Below the pieces are notes generated by a model. The model was not told where the DNA came from and searched no databases. It saw nothing but the letters and a program-made list of their open reading frames with translations. The translations under genes and the position numbers were made by a program. Positions 17,909-26,791 of a stretch of DNA of 64,000 bases are shown in pieces; position 1 is the stretch's first letter, and every line of letters begins with the position of its first letter. The stretch is from Candidatus Woesearchaeota archaeon (lineage in GTDB: Archaea > Nanobdellota > Nanobdellia > Woesearchaeales > UBA10216). The stretch is from the NCBI GenBank assembly GCA_043807015.1, contig JAZDGJ010000028.1, positions 1,537-65,536 of the forward strand, read 5' to 3'.

Positions 17909-19233
17909 TCCACCGATTTTGTGATGTTTACGTTTTTCACAATCATCGGCGGCATGAATATTGGCGTTTCCACTTCCCAGCCGGTTATTTGCTCAGCCTC
18001 TGCGCCCACTGCAGAAACGTTCCTCAGCATATTTAGCAGGTTCTCGCTTATCCTTATGTCCTTGACGGGCTTTACAATCCTGCCGTTCTCGATCAGGAAT
18101 GCGCCATCGCGTGGAATTGTTGAAAAATCCCCGCTTTCATAGTTCATGAACCGGGTGTACCAAACATTTGTAATCCAGAGCCCCCTCTTGATCCGCTCAA
18201 ACAATTCGTCTTTAATAAAGCTTCCTGTTTTGAAAATAATGTTGAACGGCTCAGGCGCAATGATGCCTGCATTTGCCGTCGTGGAAGTTTTGTAGCGCTT
18301 TGCTGTGGATGTATTATGCAGATAAGTCTTCATGATTCCGTTTTCTATTATTGTGTTTCTCTGCGTAGGAACGCCCTCTGCGTCGAATTTCGCAGCCCCG
18401 GCAGTGCCTGGCAACGTTGCATCATCAATAACAGTTACATTCTCGCTCCCGACCATTTTTCCGATTTTTCCGTTGAGGCACGAAAGCCCGGCTTCAACAT
18501 TGAAGACAGACGCTGCATGCGCAACCTGTTCTATTATGTTTGCAGCTGCAAGCGGCTCAAACAACACATCATATTTTCCCTCACTTATTCGCTCAGGTCC
18601 CACTGCTTTTTTTGCTACAGCCGCAGCATTTTCTGCAGCCTGCTCAATTTTAAGGTCACTAAGCATCCTTGCGGTCGAGACATAGTGCCCTGACGCGTCC
18701 TTGTCTGAAAATGCCCTGCATGAGAAATGAATTGTCGTGCCTTTCTCCTCCCCGTCCACATTGTTTGATGTGTGAAGCCAGGTTTTTGAGGTTGTGGTTT
18801 CAAGAACCCCTGCGACTTTTTTCGCACCACGGCTTAGGCCGGCAATTATTCCTGCGTCAACAAGGTCCACGCCCTTTTCACCAAGGTTCTCAATAGCTTC
18901 GTCATAGGTTCTTTCAATCTGCTTGTGCCTGAAAGGCCCTTCAGCAATTCCCATGTACTCGCTGTTCTGCTGGGTTGCACTTGCAAACGCCATTATTTTT
19001 TTCAGTGCAGTATCTACAGCTTTGTCAGAATAGTCCTCTATTGAGGTTGAAACAAGCCTTTTGCCAATAGCGGCAAACAAACCTATGTGCAGTGACTTCC
19101 AGGTCTGGGTGGCGCTGATTTTGCTGTTTGAGAATTTCAGCTGGGTTTTGAGCTCTTCTGATATTGTGACTATTGAATCGTCTGCCCCGGCGCTTGTAAG
19201 TTTTCTCCCTATCTTCCTGGCAGTGTCAAGCAT
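17905..19233 (-). CDS. pmbA: TldE/PmbA-family metalloprotease subunit
   Basis: Protein of 442 aa paired with the upstream tldD. Typical PmbA length and a Gly-rich C-terminal half. Confidence 0.75.
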   Translation of the reverse strand: MLDTARKIGRKLTSAGADDSIVTISEELKTQLKFSNSKISATQTWKSLHIGLFAAIGKRLVSTSIEDYSDKAVDTALKKIMAFASATQQNSEYMGIAEGPFRHKQIERTYDEAIENLGEKGVDLVDAGIIAGLSRGAKKVAGVLETTTSKTWLHTSNNVDGEEKGTTIHFSCRAFSDKDASGHYVSTARMLSDLKIEQAAENAAAVAKKAVGPERISEGKYDVLFEPLAAANIIEQVAHAASVFNVEAGLSCLNGKIGKMVGSENVTVIDDATLPGTAGAAKFDAEGVPTQRNTIIENGIMKTYLHNTSTAKRYKTSTTANAGIIAPEPFNIIFKTGSFIKDELFERIKRGLWITNVWYTRFMNYESGDFSTIPRDGAFLIENGRIVKPVKDIRISENLLNMLRNVSAVGAEAEQITGWEVETPIFMPPMIVKNVNITKSVE

Positions 19234-19234
19234 T

Positions 19235-20647
19235 TTATCTCAGCCTTACCCCCCTCATTCTGAACGAGGGCCCTCCAAACCAGACAGGTATTGCCTGCAT
19301 CGGCTCTGCTTTCCCGCATGTTCCGGCGTGGTATTCTGTGTTGTTGGCAACAGCATCGACAGCGCCCCATAAGTCGTGTGTTGTGATTTCTATTGTCGGC
19401 AGTGCTGCAGGTTCAGTGAGCTTCCCATTTTCTATGACATACGCCTCTGAGCCGACATATTTTTGGTTGATTCTTCTGTCGTCTATATTCCATTCTGTGA
19501 AGTTTTTTATCAGGACACCATTCTTAACCCCTGCTATGAGTTCTTCTTCTGAATAATCGCCTTCTTGCAGGAATGTGTTGGACATCCTCACTATGGCTTC
19601 CCGGTCATAGGATGTTGCCCGTGCAGAGCCGTTGCTTTTGATGTTCATCGCTGCTGCAGTTTCCCTGTTGTGCAGGAGTTCGGCGCTCATGCCGTCTTTC
19701 AGCAGGTATTTTTTTCTTGCCTTAACACCCTCATCATCATAGAGGTAATATCCGAAGCTTCCCTCTATCGTCGGGTCGTCGCAGACAGTAACCACGCTGT
19801 TCCCGATTCTTGAGCCGAATTTGTCTTCTGTTAGGAAGGATTCGCCTGCCTGCGCAGCTTCCCTTCCCAGAATCCTGTCAGCCTCATGCGGGTGCCCAAC
19901 GCTCTCATGGGCCATTATCCCGGTCACTTGAGGTCCAACGATTACGTCAGTTTTTCCCGGCTGGATTTTTTTCCCGTGGCGCAGCATTTTGTCGGTTGTC
20001 TTCACTTCCTCCAGCATCATACTTGGAAAATTTTTTGTAGTCAATGTTTCAAATCCGCCGGAATATCCATACTGCCAGTAGCGCTGTGCGCTCTTAAAGC
20101 CGGCTTTGATGGTCAGGTAATAATAAAAGTTCGTCCTCGGTATTGTTGATTCAACTTTTGTTCCGTAAGAGTTCACAAAATACTTGTGCGTGACAGAGTC
20201 TGAAAGCGAGAAATATCTTCCAGGAACATCAACACCGCTTTTCTGCAGTTCCTTTTCTATGTCAAGAAGAATTGCAAGCTTTTCCTTAGGGCTCAAATCC
20301 AGCAGATTAATTTTCTGCTTGACTTCGTATTTCTGGCTGTGCGCGTCTTCCTCTGCAAGCTTTATCGCATCGCCAATTCTTGCAGCTTTTCCCGTTGTCC
20401 TGATGCCGAGCGCAATAAGATCTCCGATTTTTCCGCGCTCCAGCTCGTTTATAGAGACGAATCCCAGTGCATTGTTCACGATAATCCTCAATCCAAGCCC
20501 GCTTGAGGTGTCGAATCCTGATATTTGCGGAACTCCGTTCTTCAAAAGAAAACCGTTATTTGATGTTGACTCAATCCTTGCATCGGCGTAAGTCGCCCCA
20601 AGCTTCATCGCTTTGTCAACTGCGAACTCCGCAAGGTCCATATCCAT
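19235..20647 (-). CDS. tldD: TldD metalloprotease
   Basis: HESVGHPHEADR (HExxxH motif of TldD), 470 aa. Confidence 0.8.
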   Translation of the reverse strand: MDMDLAEFAVDKAMKLGATYADARIESTSNNGFLLKNGVPQISGFDTSSGLGLRIIVNNALGFVSINELERGKIGDLIALGIRTTGKAARIGDAIKLAEEDAHSQKYEVKQKINLLDLSPKEKLAILLDIEKELQKSGVDVPGRYFSLSDSVTHKYFVNSYGTKVESTIPRTNFYYYLTIKAGFKSAQRYWQYGYSGGFETLTTKNFPSMMLEEVKTTDKMLRHGKKIQPGKTDVIVGPQVTGIMAHESVGHPHEADRILGREAAQAGESFLTEDKFGSRIGNSVVTVCDDPTIEGSFGYYLYDDEGVKARKKYLLKDGMSAELLHNRETAAAMNIKSNGSARATSYDREAIVRMSNTFLQEGDYSEEELIAGVKNGVLIKNFTEWNIDDRRINQKYVGSEAYVIENGKLTEPAALPTIEITTHDLWGAVDAVANNTEYHAGTCGKAEPMQAIPVWFGGPSFRMRGVRLR

Positions 20648-20710
20648 GGGTTTTTGTGGTTGGGCCGCATGTTTATAAAGTTAATGATTGCATATTTTCA
20701 GAATTTTATT

Positions 20711-21790
20711 TCAGCGCGTGATTTCAAAGCCTTTTACCTGCTCAAGAAGTTTTTTTGCCTTTGAATTTTTCTCAAAATGGTCTCTCACAGGCGCGATAAG
20801 CTCGTTAATGTAAGACGCAACTGCAGTTTTCAGGTCCATCGGGTGCAGTTTTCCTGCCGCATAAATTTTCTCAAGCTCGCCGTAAGAGCCAATCGTTAGG
20901 TTTCCGCCGAATTTTTCAGGCCTCTTTATTTCCACAGACTTGAACTTCTCAAAGATTATGTATTTTGCATATTCCATTACAGGATTTTCATCAATCTTTT
21001 TCTCAGGGCAGTAGGCCTTGCTGATTTTTCTCTTGACGTCATCTTCAGAATCAGTCATGAAGATTGCAGAATCTGGAATGGATTTTGACATTTTAAGCGC
21101 TATTGCCCTTTCAAAGGCGTCTTTTATGTCTGTCTTTGGTTCTCCCAATCCCATAAGCATGTGGTGGCTTACAACAACAGGCTTCCACAAGCCGAGTTTT
21201 GGTCCGATTTCTCTGGCGAGCACGTTTACTTTTCTCTGGTCCATCCCGAGCTGGGTAATGTCTGCTTTCAGATGGAAAATATCAGCTGCCTGCATGCACG
21301 GATAGAAGATTTGGGATGCGCTGAGGTTTTCCTTTTCACTCCTGCCCATTATCTGGGCGCACCGCACTATTCTCGTCACCGTATTTTCGCGGGCAATATT
21401 GAGAACTGATTTCCAGTATTCAGAATTGCCAACGATATCTGAGGAGCGCACAAATTCGACATCTCCAATATCCATGCCGCAGGACTTCCATAGCTCAATC
21501 ATATAGTCGCCAACCTTCTGAATTTTCTCCAAATCGCCCCCCAGCTTATTATTCGCAAAAGCATGCCAATCAGCTGCGAGCACTTTAAACTTACAGCCCG
21601 CTTTTATCATTTTGTTGATGTTTATAGCCCTTAACAAACCTTGGGCAATGTGAATATCTGTTCCCGACGGCTCAAATCCATCGTACGCTATCGGATGCGT
21701 CTTTGTCTCAAGAAGCTGCCTAAGTTCATCAATCGTAATGATTTCTTCCCCGACTTCCTTTATTAGGGCCAGTCGCTCTTCAATGTCCAT
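20711..21790 (-). CDS. tyrS: tyrosine--tRNA ligase (archaeal type)
   Basis: GFEPSG..HIAQ (HIGH-like), ADWHAF, KMSKS, and C-terminal KRPEKFGGNLTIGSYGELEKIYAAGKLHPMDLK closely parallel M. jannaschii TyrRS. ATG 21790 (MDIEERL). Confidence 0.85.
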   Translation of the reverse strand: MDIEERLALIKEVGEEIITIDELRQLLETKTHPIAYDGFEPSGTDIHIAQGLLRAININKMIKAGCKFKVLAADWHAFANNKLGGDLEKIQKVGDYMIELWKSCGMDIGDVEFVRSSDIVGNSEYWKSVLNIARENTVTRIVRCAQIMGRSEKENLSASQIFYPCMQAADIFHLKADITQLGMDQRKVNVLAREIGPKLGLWKPVVVSHHMLMGLGEPKTDIKDAFERAIALKMSKSIPDSAIFMTDSEDDVKRKISKAYCPEKKIDENPVMEYAKYIIFEKFKSVEIKRPEKFGGNLTIGSYGELEKIYAAGKLHPMDLKTAVASYINELIAPVRDHFEKNSKAKKLLEQVKGFEITR

Positions 21791-21886
21791 GCAGCTTTTT
21801 TGTGATGTTGCGTTTAAAAATATTGCTACTCGCCACTGGACAAGCGCTAGTAACATATATAAATCCGGCTTGATGAGCATTTTGCA

Positions 21887-22732
21887 ATGCTACTCAATGT
21901 TACAGACCTTCCAGCTTACATCTTTTGCCCCAGAAAGCTCTATATGCGCAAGATTTTGAACATTATCGAGCCGCCAACTAAAGCCACAGTCCTGGGCACT
22001 TTAAGGCATGCAACCCATGAGCAGCTCAGCAAGATGGATGAGACTGTCATAAGGCAGCTTAACAAGGACCATTCTGAAGACGAGGCAGCAACTCTTTTTT
22101 CAAAGAATTACCTTAGGGCATTGAGAGATACTGTAAACTCGCATCGCAGCCATTTGAATGAAGTGGGGCTTGAGGCAGAGGATGTTTTTATTGATGTATG
22201 GCCGTTCATAAAAGAAGAGGCAGTGGTTCATGCGAAAGATGTTCTTTCAGTTTCAAAGGCAACAGGTCTTTTCGGAGATGATCTGCTAAAGCACCTCCCG
22301 AAAGTTATTTCCGAGCACCATGTCAAATCAGAAAGCCTTCAGCTGAAAGGAATAATTGACAGGATAGAAGTCGTGAAAGGGCAGTATATCCCCTATGAAC
22401 TGAAAACAGGCTCTGCTCCTGCTGATGGAGTCTGGCCTGGACATAAAATACAGGTTGCATGCTACATGATGATGCTTGAAGAGGCTTTTAAGATGCCTGT
22501 GAGGGAAGGTTATGTGAAGTATCTTGACTGCAGGGAAGACCGCAGAGTGGTTATGAACCCATTCCTTGAGATAGAAGTTAAAGAACTGATTGCAAAAGTG
22601 CAGAAGCTCCTTGAAAACAAGGAAATGCCCGACCCCTGCGGCAAAAAATTCTGCAATTGCTCTAATGTCAAAAACCACGATTTACAGAAGAATGGCAGTC
22701 TGCTGCAAACTAGCAAGCTCAGTGGTTTTTGA
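21887..22732 (+). CDS. Cas4-like / RecB-family PD-(D/E)xK nuclease with 4-Cys Fe-S cluster signature (standalone)
   Basis: N-terminal Cys (YIFCPRKLY), IIDRIE...YELKTG (D..ExK), QVACY (QhxxY motif), C-terminal CGKKFCNC. Confidence 0.65.
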   Translation: MLLNVTDLPAYIFCPRKLYMRKILNIIEPPTKATVLGTLRHATHEQLSKMDETVIRQLNKDHSEDEAATLFSKNYLRALRDTVNSHRSHLNEVGLEAEDVFIDVWPFIKEEAVVHAKDVLSVSKATGLFGDDLLKHLPKVISEHHVKSESLQLKGIIDRIEVVKGQYIPYELKTGSAPADGVWPGHKIQVACYMMMLEEAFKMPVREGYVKYLDCREDRRVVMNPFLEIEVKELIAKVQKLLENKEMPDPCGKKFCNCSNVKNHDLQKNGSLLQTSKLSGF

Positions 22733-22738
22733 GCATGC

Positions 22739-22780
22739 TCAGAATTCCACAAATCATACGTAAAAGACGTGGAATTCTGA
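22739..22780. repeat. perfect 12-bp inverted repeat tcagaattccac / gtggaattctga with 18-nt spacer at the 3' end of the Cas4-like gene
   Basis: Read directly. The same arms recur at 37505-37570. Confidence 0.6.
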
Positions 22781-22870
22781 CATTTTCCAGTAGCAACACC
22801 CTAATTTCACAATATTTATATATAACTTATGCCTTTTCCTGACTCAACAATTTCGGTGAAAGGTGCAAAA

Positions 22871-23137
22871 ATGGCAGAGGGAGATGACAAGAATTTTTCT
22901 AAGAAGCTTATAGGAAAGACAGTGGTAAGCAAGACTGGAAAGCGCTTCGGCGAAGTAGGGGATATAATATTCGAGACAAGGACTGGAGAGCTGATACACC
23001 TTGTCCTGGCAAACCCGACGCCTTACACGGCAAAGCTTGAGCTCGAAAAAGACCAAGGCGGCAATATTCTGATACCCTTCAGCGCAGTAATCGCAATAGG
23101 CGACTTCATGGTTATAGCAGAAGAAGATATCATATAG
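22871..23137 (+). CDS. PRC-barrel domain protein
   Basis: LIGKTVVSKTGKRFGEVGDIIFETRTGELIHLVL...LIPFSAV is a PRC-barrel-like pattern. ATG 22871. Confidence 0.5.
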   Translation: MAEGDDKNFSKKLIGKTVVSKTGKRFGEVGDIIFETRTGELIHLVLANPTPYTAKLELEKDQGGNILIPFSAVIAIGDFMVIAEEDII

Positions 23138-23204
23138 GTTTTTCTCTTTCTTTTAATTTAATTCTGCAGTTAGATTTATAAACCCCTAAATCGCACAATA
23201 TCCG

Positions 23205-23648
23205 ATGCAGGCTGCTTTTAATCAAGACCTGGATAATGAGCTGAAAAGGCTTAAGACTCCTCAAGGGAAAAGATTCACTTATATCTGCATGGCTTTCTTT
23301 GTTTTCCTGATTTTATTTTTTATTCTCAACTATTTGCATGACCTGAACCGGTTTTCCTCTTCAGCTGGGCTTTATCGCCCATTTGGATACATATCAATTT
23401 TCTGCGCATTCCTCTCAGCCATTGTCGCGGCTTGGTATTACAAGCACATTTGGAAAGAACCGATGGGAGTTGATTTCCTTATACCGAGAAAATACATCAA
23501 GTATATCTATATGGGCGGTGGAATAATCTTTGTGTTGATCGGAGCAGGACTCTTCATCATGGATATCTCAAATATATCAAAATATTCGATTTTAGGAGCA
23601 TCCCTACTTCTGATTCTAGGCATTGTGATATTCTTGTACGGGAAGTAA
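23205..23648 (+). CDS. hypothetical integral membrane protein (about 4 TM)
   Basis: Hydrophobic segments FTYICMAFFVFLILFFIL, ISIFCAFLSAIVAAWYY, GGGIIFVLIGAGLFIM, ILGASLLLILGIVIFLY. Confidence 0.4.
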   Translation: MQAAFNQDLDNELKRLKTPQGKRFTYICMAFFVFLILFFILNYLHDLNRFSSSAGLYRPFGYISIFCAFLSAIVAAWYYKHIWKEPMGVDFLIPRKYIKYIYMGGGIIFVLIGAGLFIMDISNISKYSILGASLLLILGIVIFLYGK

Positions 23649-23687
23649 GCAGAAACCTTTATATTGCTTCTTTTGTTCTCAGGGATT

Positions 23688-24641
23688 ATGAGCACGTTGT
23701 GGGCGGAGAAGTACAGGCCTTCTGATTTTTCTGAAATAGTCGGCCAGGATGAGATAGTCAGCAGGCTGAAGGCTTTCGTCAAGCAGAAGAACATGCCCCA
23801 TCTTCTGTTTGCAGGTCCTCCTGGAGTGGGTAAGACCAGTGCAGCCTTGGTTGTTGCGAAGAAGCTTTATGGCGAGAGCTGGCGTGAGAATGTTCTTGAG
23901 CTTAATGCTTCTGATGAAAGAGGCATTGATGTGATTCGTGTCAAGGTCAAGGACTTTGCAAGGACAAAGTCAATGGGTGATGCGCCTTTCAAGATTTGCC
24001 TTCTTGACGAGTGCGACTCACTGACAAAGGAAGCCCAGCAAGCCTTGAGAAGAACGATGGAAAATTACTCAAATACCTGCAGGTTCATACTTCTTGCAAA
24101 TTACTCTTCAAAAATCATTGACCCCATACAGAGCAGGTGCGCTGTATTCAGGTTCAAGCTTCTGCCGAAGGAAAGCATATTCAAAATCATTGACGAAATC
24201 ATCAAACATGAAGGGCTGAAGATTGATGAAAAGGCAAAGGAAGCGCTTTACATAGTCAGCGAAGGCGACTGCAGGCGCCTTGAGAATGTTCTCCAGAGCT
24301 CTGCTTCGGTTTCCCAAACCATTACGTCAGAAACAATATACTCTGTCGCGAGCGTTGCAAAACCAAAAGAAATAAAAGAGATAATTTCCTTGGCTTTGAA
24401 TAACAAGTTCATTCCTGCTAGGGAAAAGCTTATAGAAACAATGCTCTCTTACGGGCTTTCAGGGCTTGACATCATAAAGCAGATCCAGAAGGAAGCTGTT
24501 GAGCTTGATGTTGAGTCTTCAAAGAAGATGAAGATAATTGAGAACTGCGCTGAAATAGAGTTCAGGATGGTTGAGGGCGCAGACGAGTTTGTCCAGCTCG
24601 AGGCATTGTTAAGCAGTATAGCGTCCTTAAATGACAAGTGA
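23688..24641 (+). CDS. rfcS: replication factor C small subunit
   Basis: WAEKYRP...LLFAGPPGVGKTS Walker A, DECD Walker B, SRC motif (QSRCAVFRF). ATG 23688. The ORF-track start is TTG. Confidence 0.85.
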   Translation: MSTLWAEKYRPSDFSEIVGQDEIVSRLKAFVKQKNMPHLLFAGPPGVGKTSAALVVAKKLYGESWRENVLELNASDERGIDVIRVKVKDFARTKSMGDAPFKICLLDECDSLTKEAQQALRRTMENYSNTCRFILLANYSSKIIDPIQSRCAVFRFKLLPKESIFKIIDEIIKHEGLKIDEKAKEALYIVSEGDCRRLENVLQSSASVSQTITSETIYSVASVAKPKEIKEIISLALNNKFIPAREKLIETMLSYGLSGLDIIKQIQKEAVELDVESSKKMKIIENCAEIEFRMVEGADEFVQLEALLSSIASLNDK

Positions 24642-26655
24642 AAAAAGAGGGGTTTGGGAGGAGCATGCTTCTAGTGAGAGTCCTTTATCTAGAAACCTTC
24701 AGGACCAAGCCGCTGAAATTCTGAGAAAACAGCTTGACAAGTCGATAAGCGCGCAGGAAAGCATTCATTCAGAGCTGAAAAGCCAGCTCGCACTCAAGGA
24801 AAAAGACATTGAAACCCTGAAGTCAATAATCCTGAGAAAAAATCAGGAGGTTGCAGCCCTTTCAAAAAGCCTGCAGGCAAAAAACGAGACAGACGAATAT
24901 TACGTCAAACGCCTGAAAGAGGCGCTTCTGAAAAAAGATGCCGCCAACCAGCAGATTTTCTCAAGCCTGAGGCAGCAGCTCTCTGCGAAAGACGAGGAAA
25001 TCAGGAAAAAGGGGTTTTCCTCAACAGAATCCAGCAGGGCAAATGAGCAGCTTCTGAAACAGCTGAATGAGCATCTTGCCCAGGCATATGAGCAGATTGA
25101 CCAGCTCAAGACTTTTGTCGCTAATGAGACAGCGCGCTCGGAAAACCTTTCCAATGTCTTTGAAAAAGAGATTGCTGAAAAGGAAGCCATCATCGCAGGG
25201 CTGCAAAAGTCAAAGCTTAATGCCAGCGGCAATTCTGCCCTGGCAGCGCAGTTGGAGCAGTCTGAAAGAAAACTGAAGGAGAAAGAGGCAACCTGCAGGA
25301 ATCTCCAAATGGAGCTTGCAAAGCTGAGATACCATCATGAAGACGTGTCAAGGCAGCTGCAGGAAAAAGACAACATGCAGGATTATCCCGATTATGGAAC
25401 GCAAATAGGCGTCCTTAAGATGAGCCTTGCTGAAAAGGATTCTGAAATAAAGCGCCTTGAGGCAGCAGCATTTGAAGCACACCGCTCCAATGAGAGAATT
25501 GCCCGGCAGCTGAATGCCCAGCTTAGAGAGGCATATGAAGAAATAGACCAGCTCAAGCATTTTGTTACTTCAGAATCTGTTAAATCCTCAGGTCTTGAAG
25601 AGGAGTTTGACAAGCAGCTTGCGGAAAAGGACGCAAGGATAGCTGAGCTTGAACAGAGCCTTAGGGAAAGCTCAAGACCGAAGTCTTCAGGCAGGGAAAC
25701 CGCTGAATTAAAGCAGCTCCTGAGCGTGAAAGAAGAGAGCTCTGCAGCTTTGCAGGCAGACCTGCTGAAGCTTAAAGCCCAGAACACCAACCTTTCAAGA
25801 AAGCTTGAAACCAGCAGAAAGATGATTGCCCAGAGCGAAGAAAATTTTGCAAAGCTGGCTGAGGAGATCAACTCCCAGCACCAGCAGCGAATCAAGGATT
25901 TGATAACGAAAAATTCAGTAAATGAGGCTGCGCTAAGGTCAGAAATGGAGCAGATCAAGGCTGAGATGAAAAAGAAAGACAGCCTCATTGAGGCTGAAAC
26001 CCTTAAGGTTGATGATGCTTTGACCCAGTTCTCTGTCAAGTACCAGCAGCTTCTCAAGCTGAGAAACTCAGAGGGAATGGTTTCTCACGTTGAAGAGATT
26101 GAGAAATCCAGGATTGAAAAAGAAAACATGTCTGAGCTTCTGAAGGACGCAGAGGCAAAGCTTCAGCGCGCAATTGAGAGGGAAGCTGCTGTTGACAGGA
26201 GAGAGCAGATGATTATGAAAGAGCAGGACGCCATAAACAAGCAGCTTGACCTGTTGAACGCAGCAGGCTTTGAAATCGGCAGGACTAAGGATTATCTGAA
26301 GAAGAAGCTTGCCGAAGTTGAGCTGCCTGCGCCTGAAAGCCTGGCTTCTGTGATGGAAGAGTTTTCCACAGAGCACGTTCCTGAAGAGATACGGATGGAA
26401 ATTCCCGCGCCAGAGAAGCTAATGCCTGTGCAGAGGCTAAAACCAGCGGAAAAGCCAAAGCTCTTCCAACCCAAGAAAGAGGAATTCTTCAACGCAAACA
26501 CATATTCTGAGATTGACGAGCTTAAGTCAGTCATTGAGATAGCAACCCAGCAGGGCGAATCCCTTGAAAAGGTAAGGCAGTCGCTTATCGACTCAGGCTA
26601 CTCAAAAGCCAGCATAGAAAAAGCCTTCAGCAGCATGCAGACTGTTAAGCGGTAG
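24631..26655 (+). CDS. large coiled-coil protein with internal ~70-aa tandem-diverged repeats; function unknown
   Basis: 674 aa, almost entirely heptad/charged. Repeat A ...AYEQIDQLKTFVANETARSENLSNVFEKEIAEKEAIIAGLQKS and repeat B ...AYEEIDQLKHFVTSESVKSSGLEEEFDKQLAEKDARIAELEQSL. Start overlaps the rfcS stop by 11 nt. Confidence 0.6.
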   Translation: MTSEKRGVWEEHASSESPLSRNLQDQAAEILRKQLDKSISAQESIHSELKSQLALKEKDIETLKSIILRKNQEVAALSKSLQAKNETDEYYVKRLKEALLKKDAANQQIFSSLRQQLSAKDEEIRKKGFSSTESSRANEQLLKQLNEHLAQAYEQIDQLKTFVANETARSENLSNVFEKEIAEKEAIIAGLQKSKLNASGNSALAAQLEQSERKLKEKEATCRNLQMELAKLRYHHEDVSRQLQEKDNMQDYPDYGTQIGVLKMSLAEKDSEIKRLEAAAFEAHRSNERIARQLNAQLREAYEEIDQLKHFVTSESVKSSGLEEEFDKQLAEKDARIAELEQSLRESSRPKSSGRETAELKQLLSVKEESSAALQADLLKLKAQNTNLSRKLETSRKMIAQSEENFAKLAEEINSQHQQRIKDLITKNSVNEAALRSEMEQIKAEMKKKDSLIEAETLKVDDALTQFSVKYQQLLKLRNSEGMVSHVEEIEKSRIEKENMSELLKDAEAKLQRAIEREAAVDRREQMIMKEQDAINKQLDLLNAAGFEIGRTKDYLKKKLAEVELPAPESLASVMEEFSTEHVPEEIRMEIPAPEKLMPVQRLKPAEKPKLFQPKKEEFFNANTYSEIDELKSVIEIATQQGESLEKVRQSLIDSGYSKASIEKAFSSMQTVKR

Positions 26656-26791
26656 TTCTAGCAACATCAGACTGCGGCAATTGACAGATATAGGCTAAAT
26701 AAACTGCTCGAGCTTACACTGTCGCCTGCAGAATACACAGCAACGAACAACTCTTCTGTCAATTAGTTACTAAAAAAAGAGAAAGTTCTGC

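Noticed and set aside
21887-22732. CRISPR-cas locus call based on Cas4-like gene
   Set aside because: No repeat-spacer array, cas1, cas2 or effector genes anywhere in the window. Treated as a standalone nuclease.
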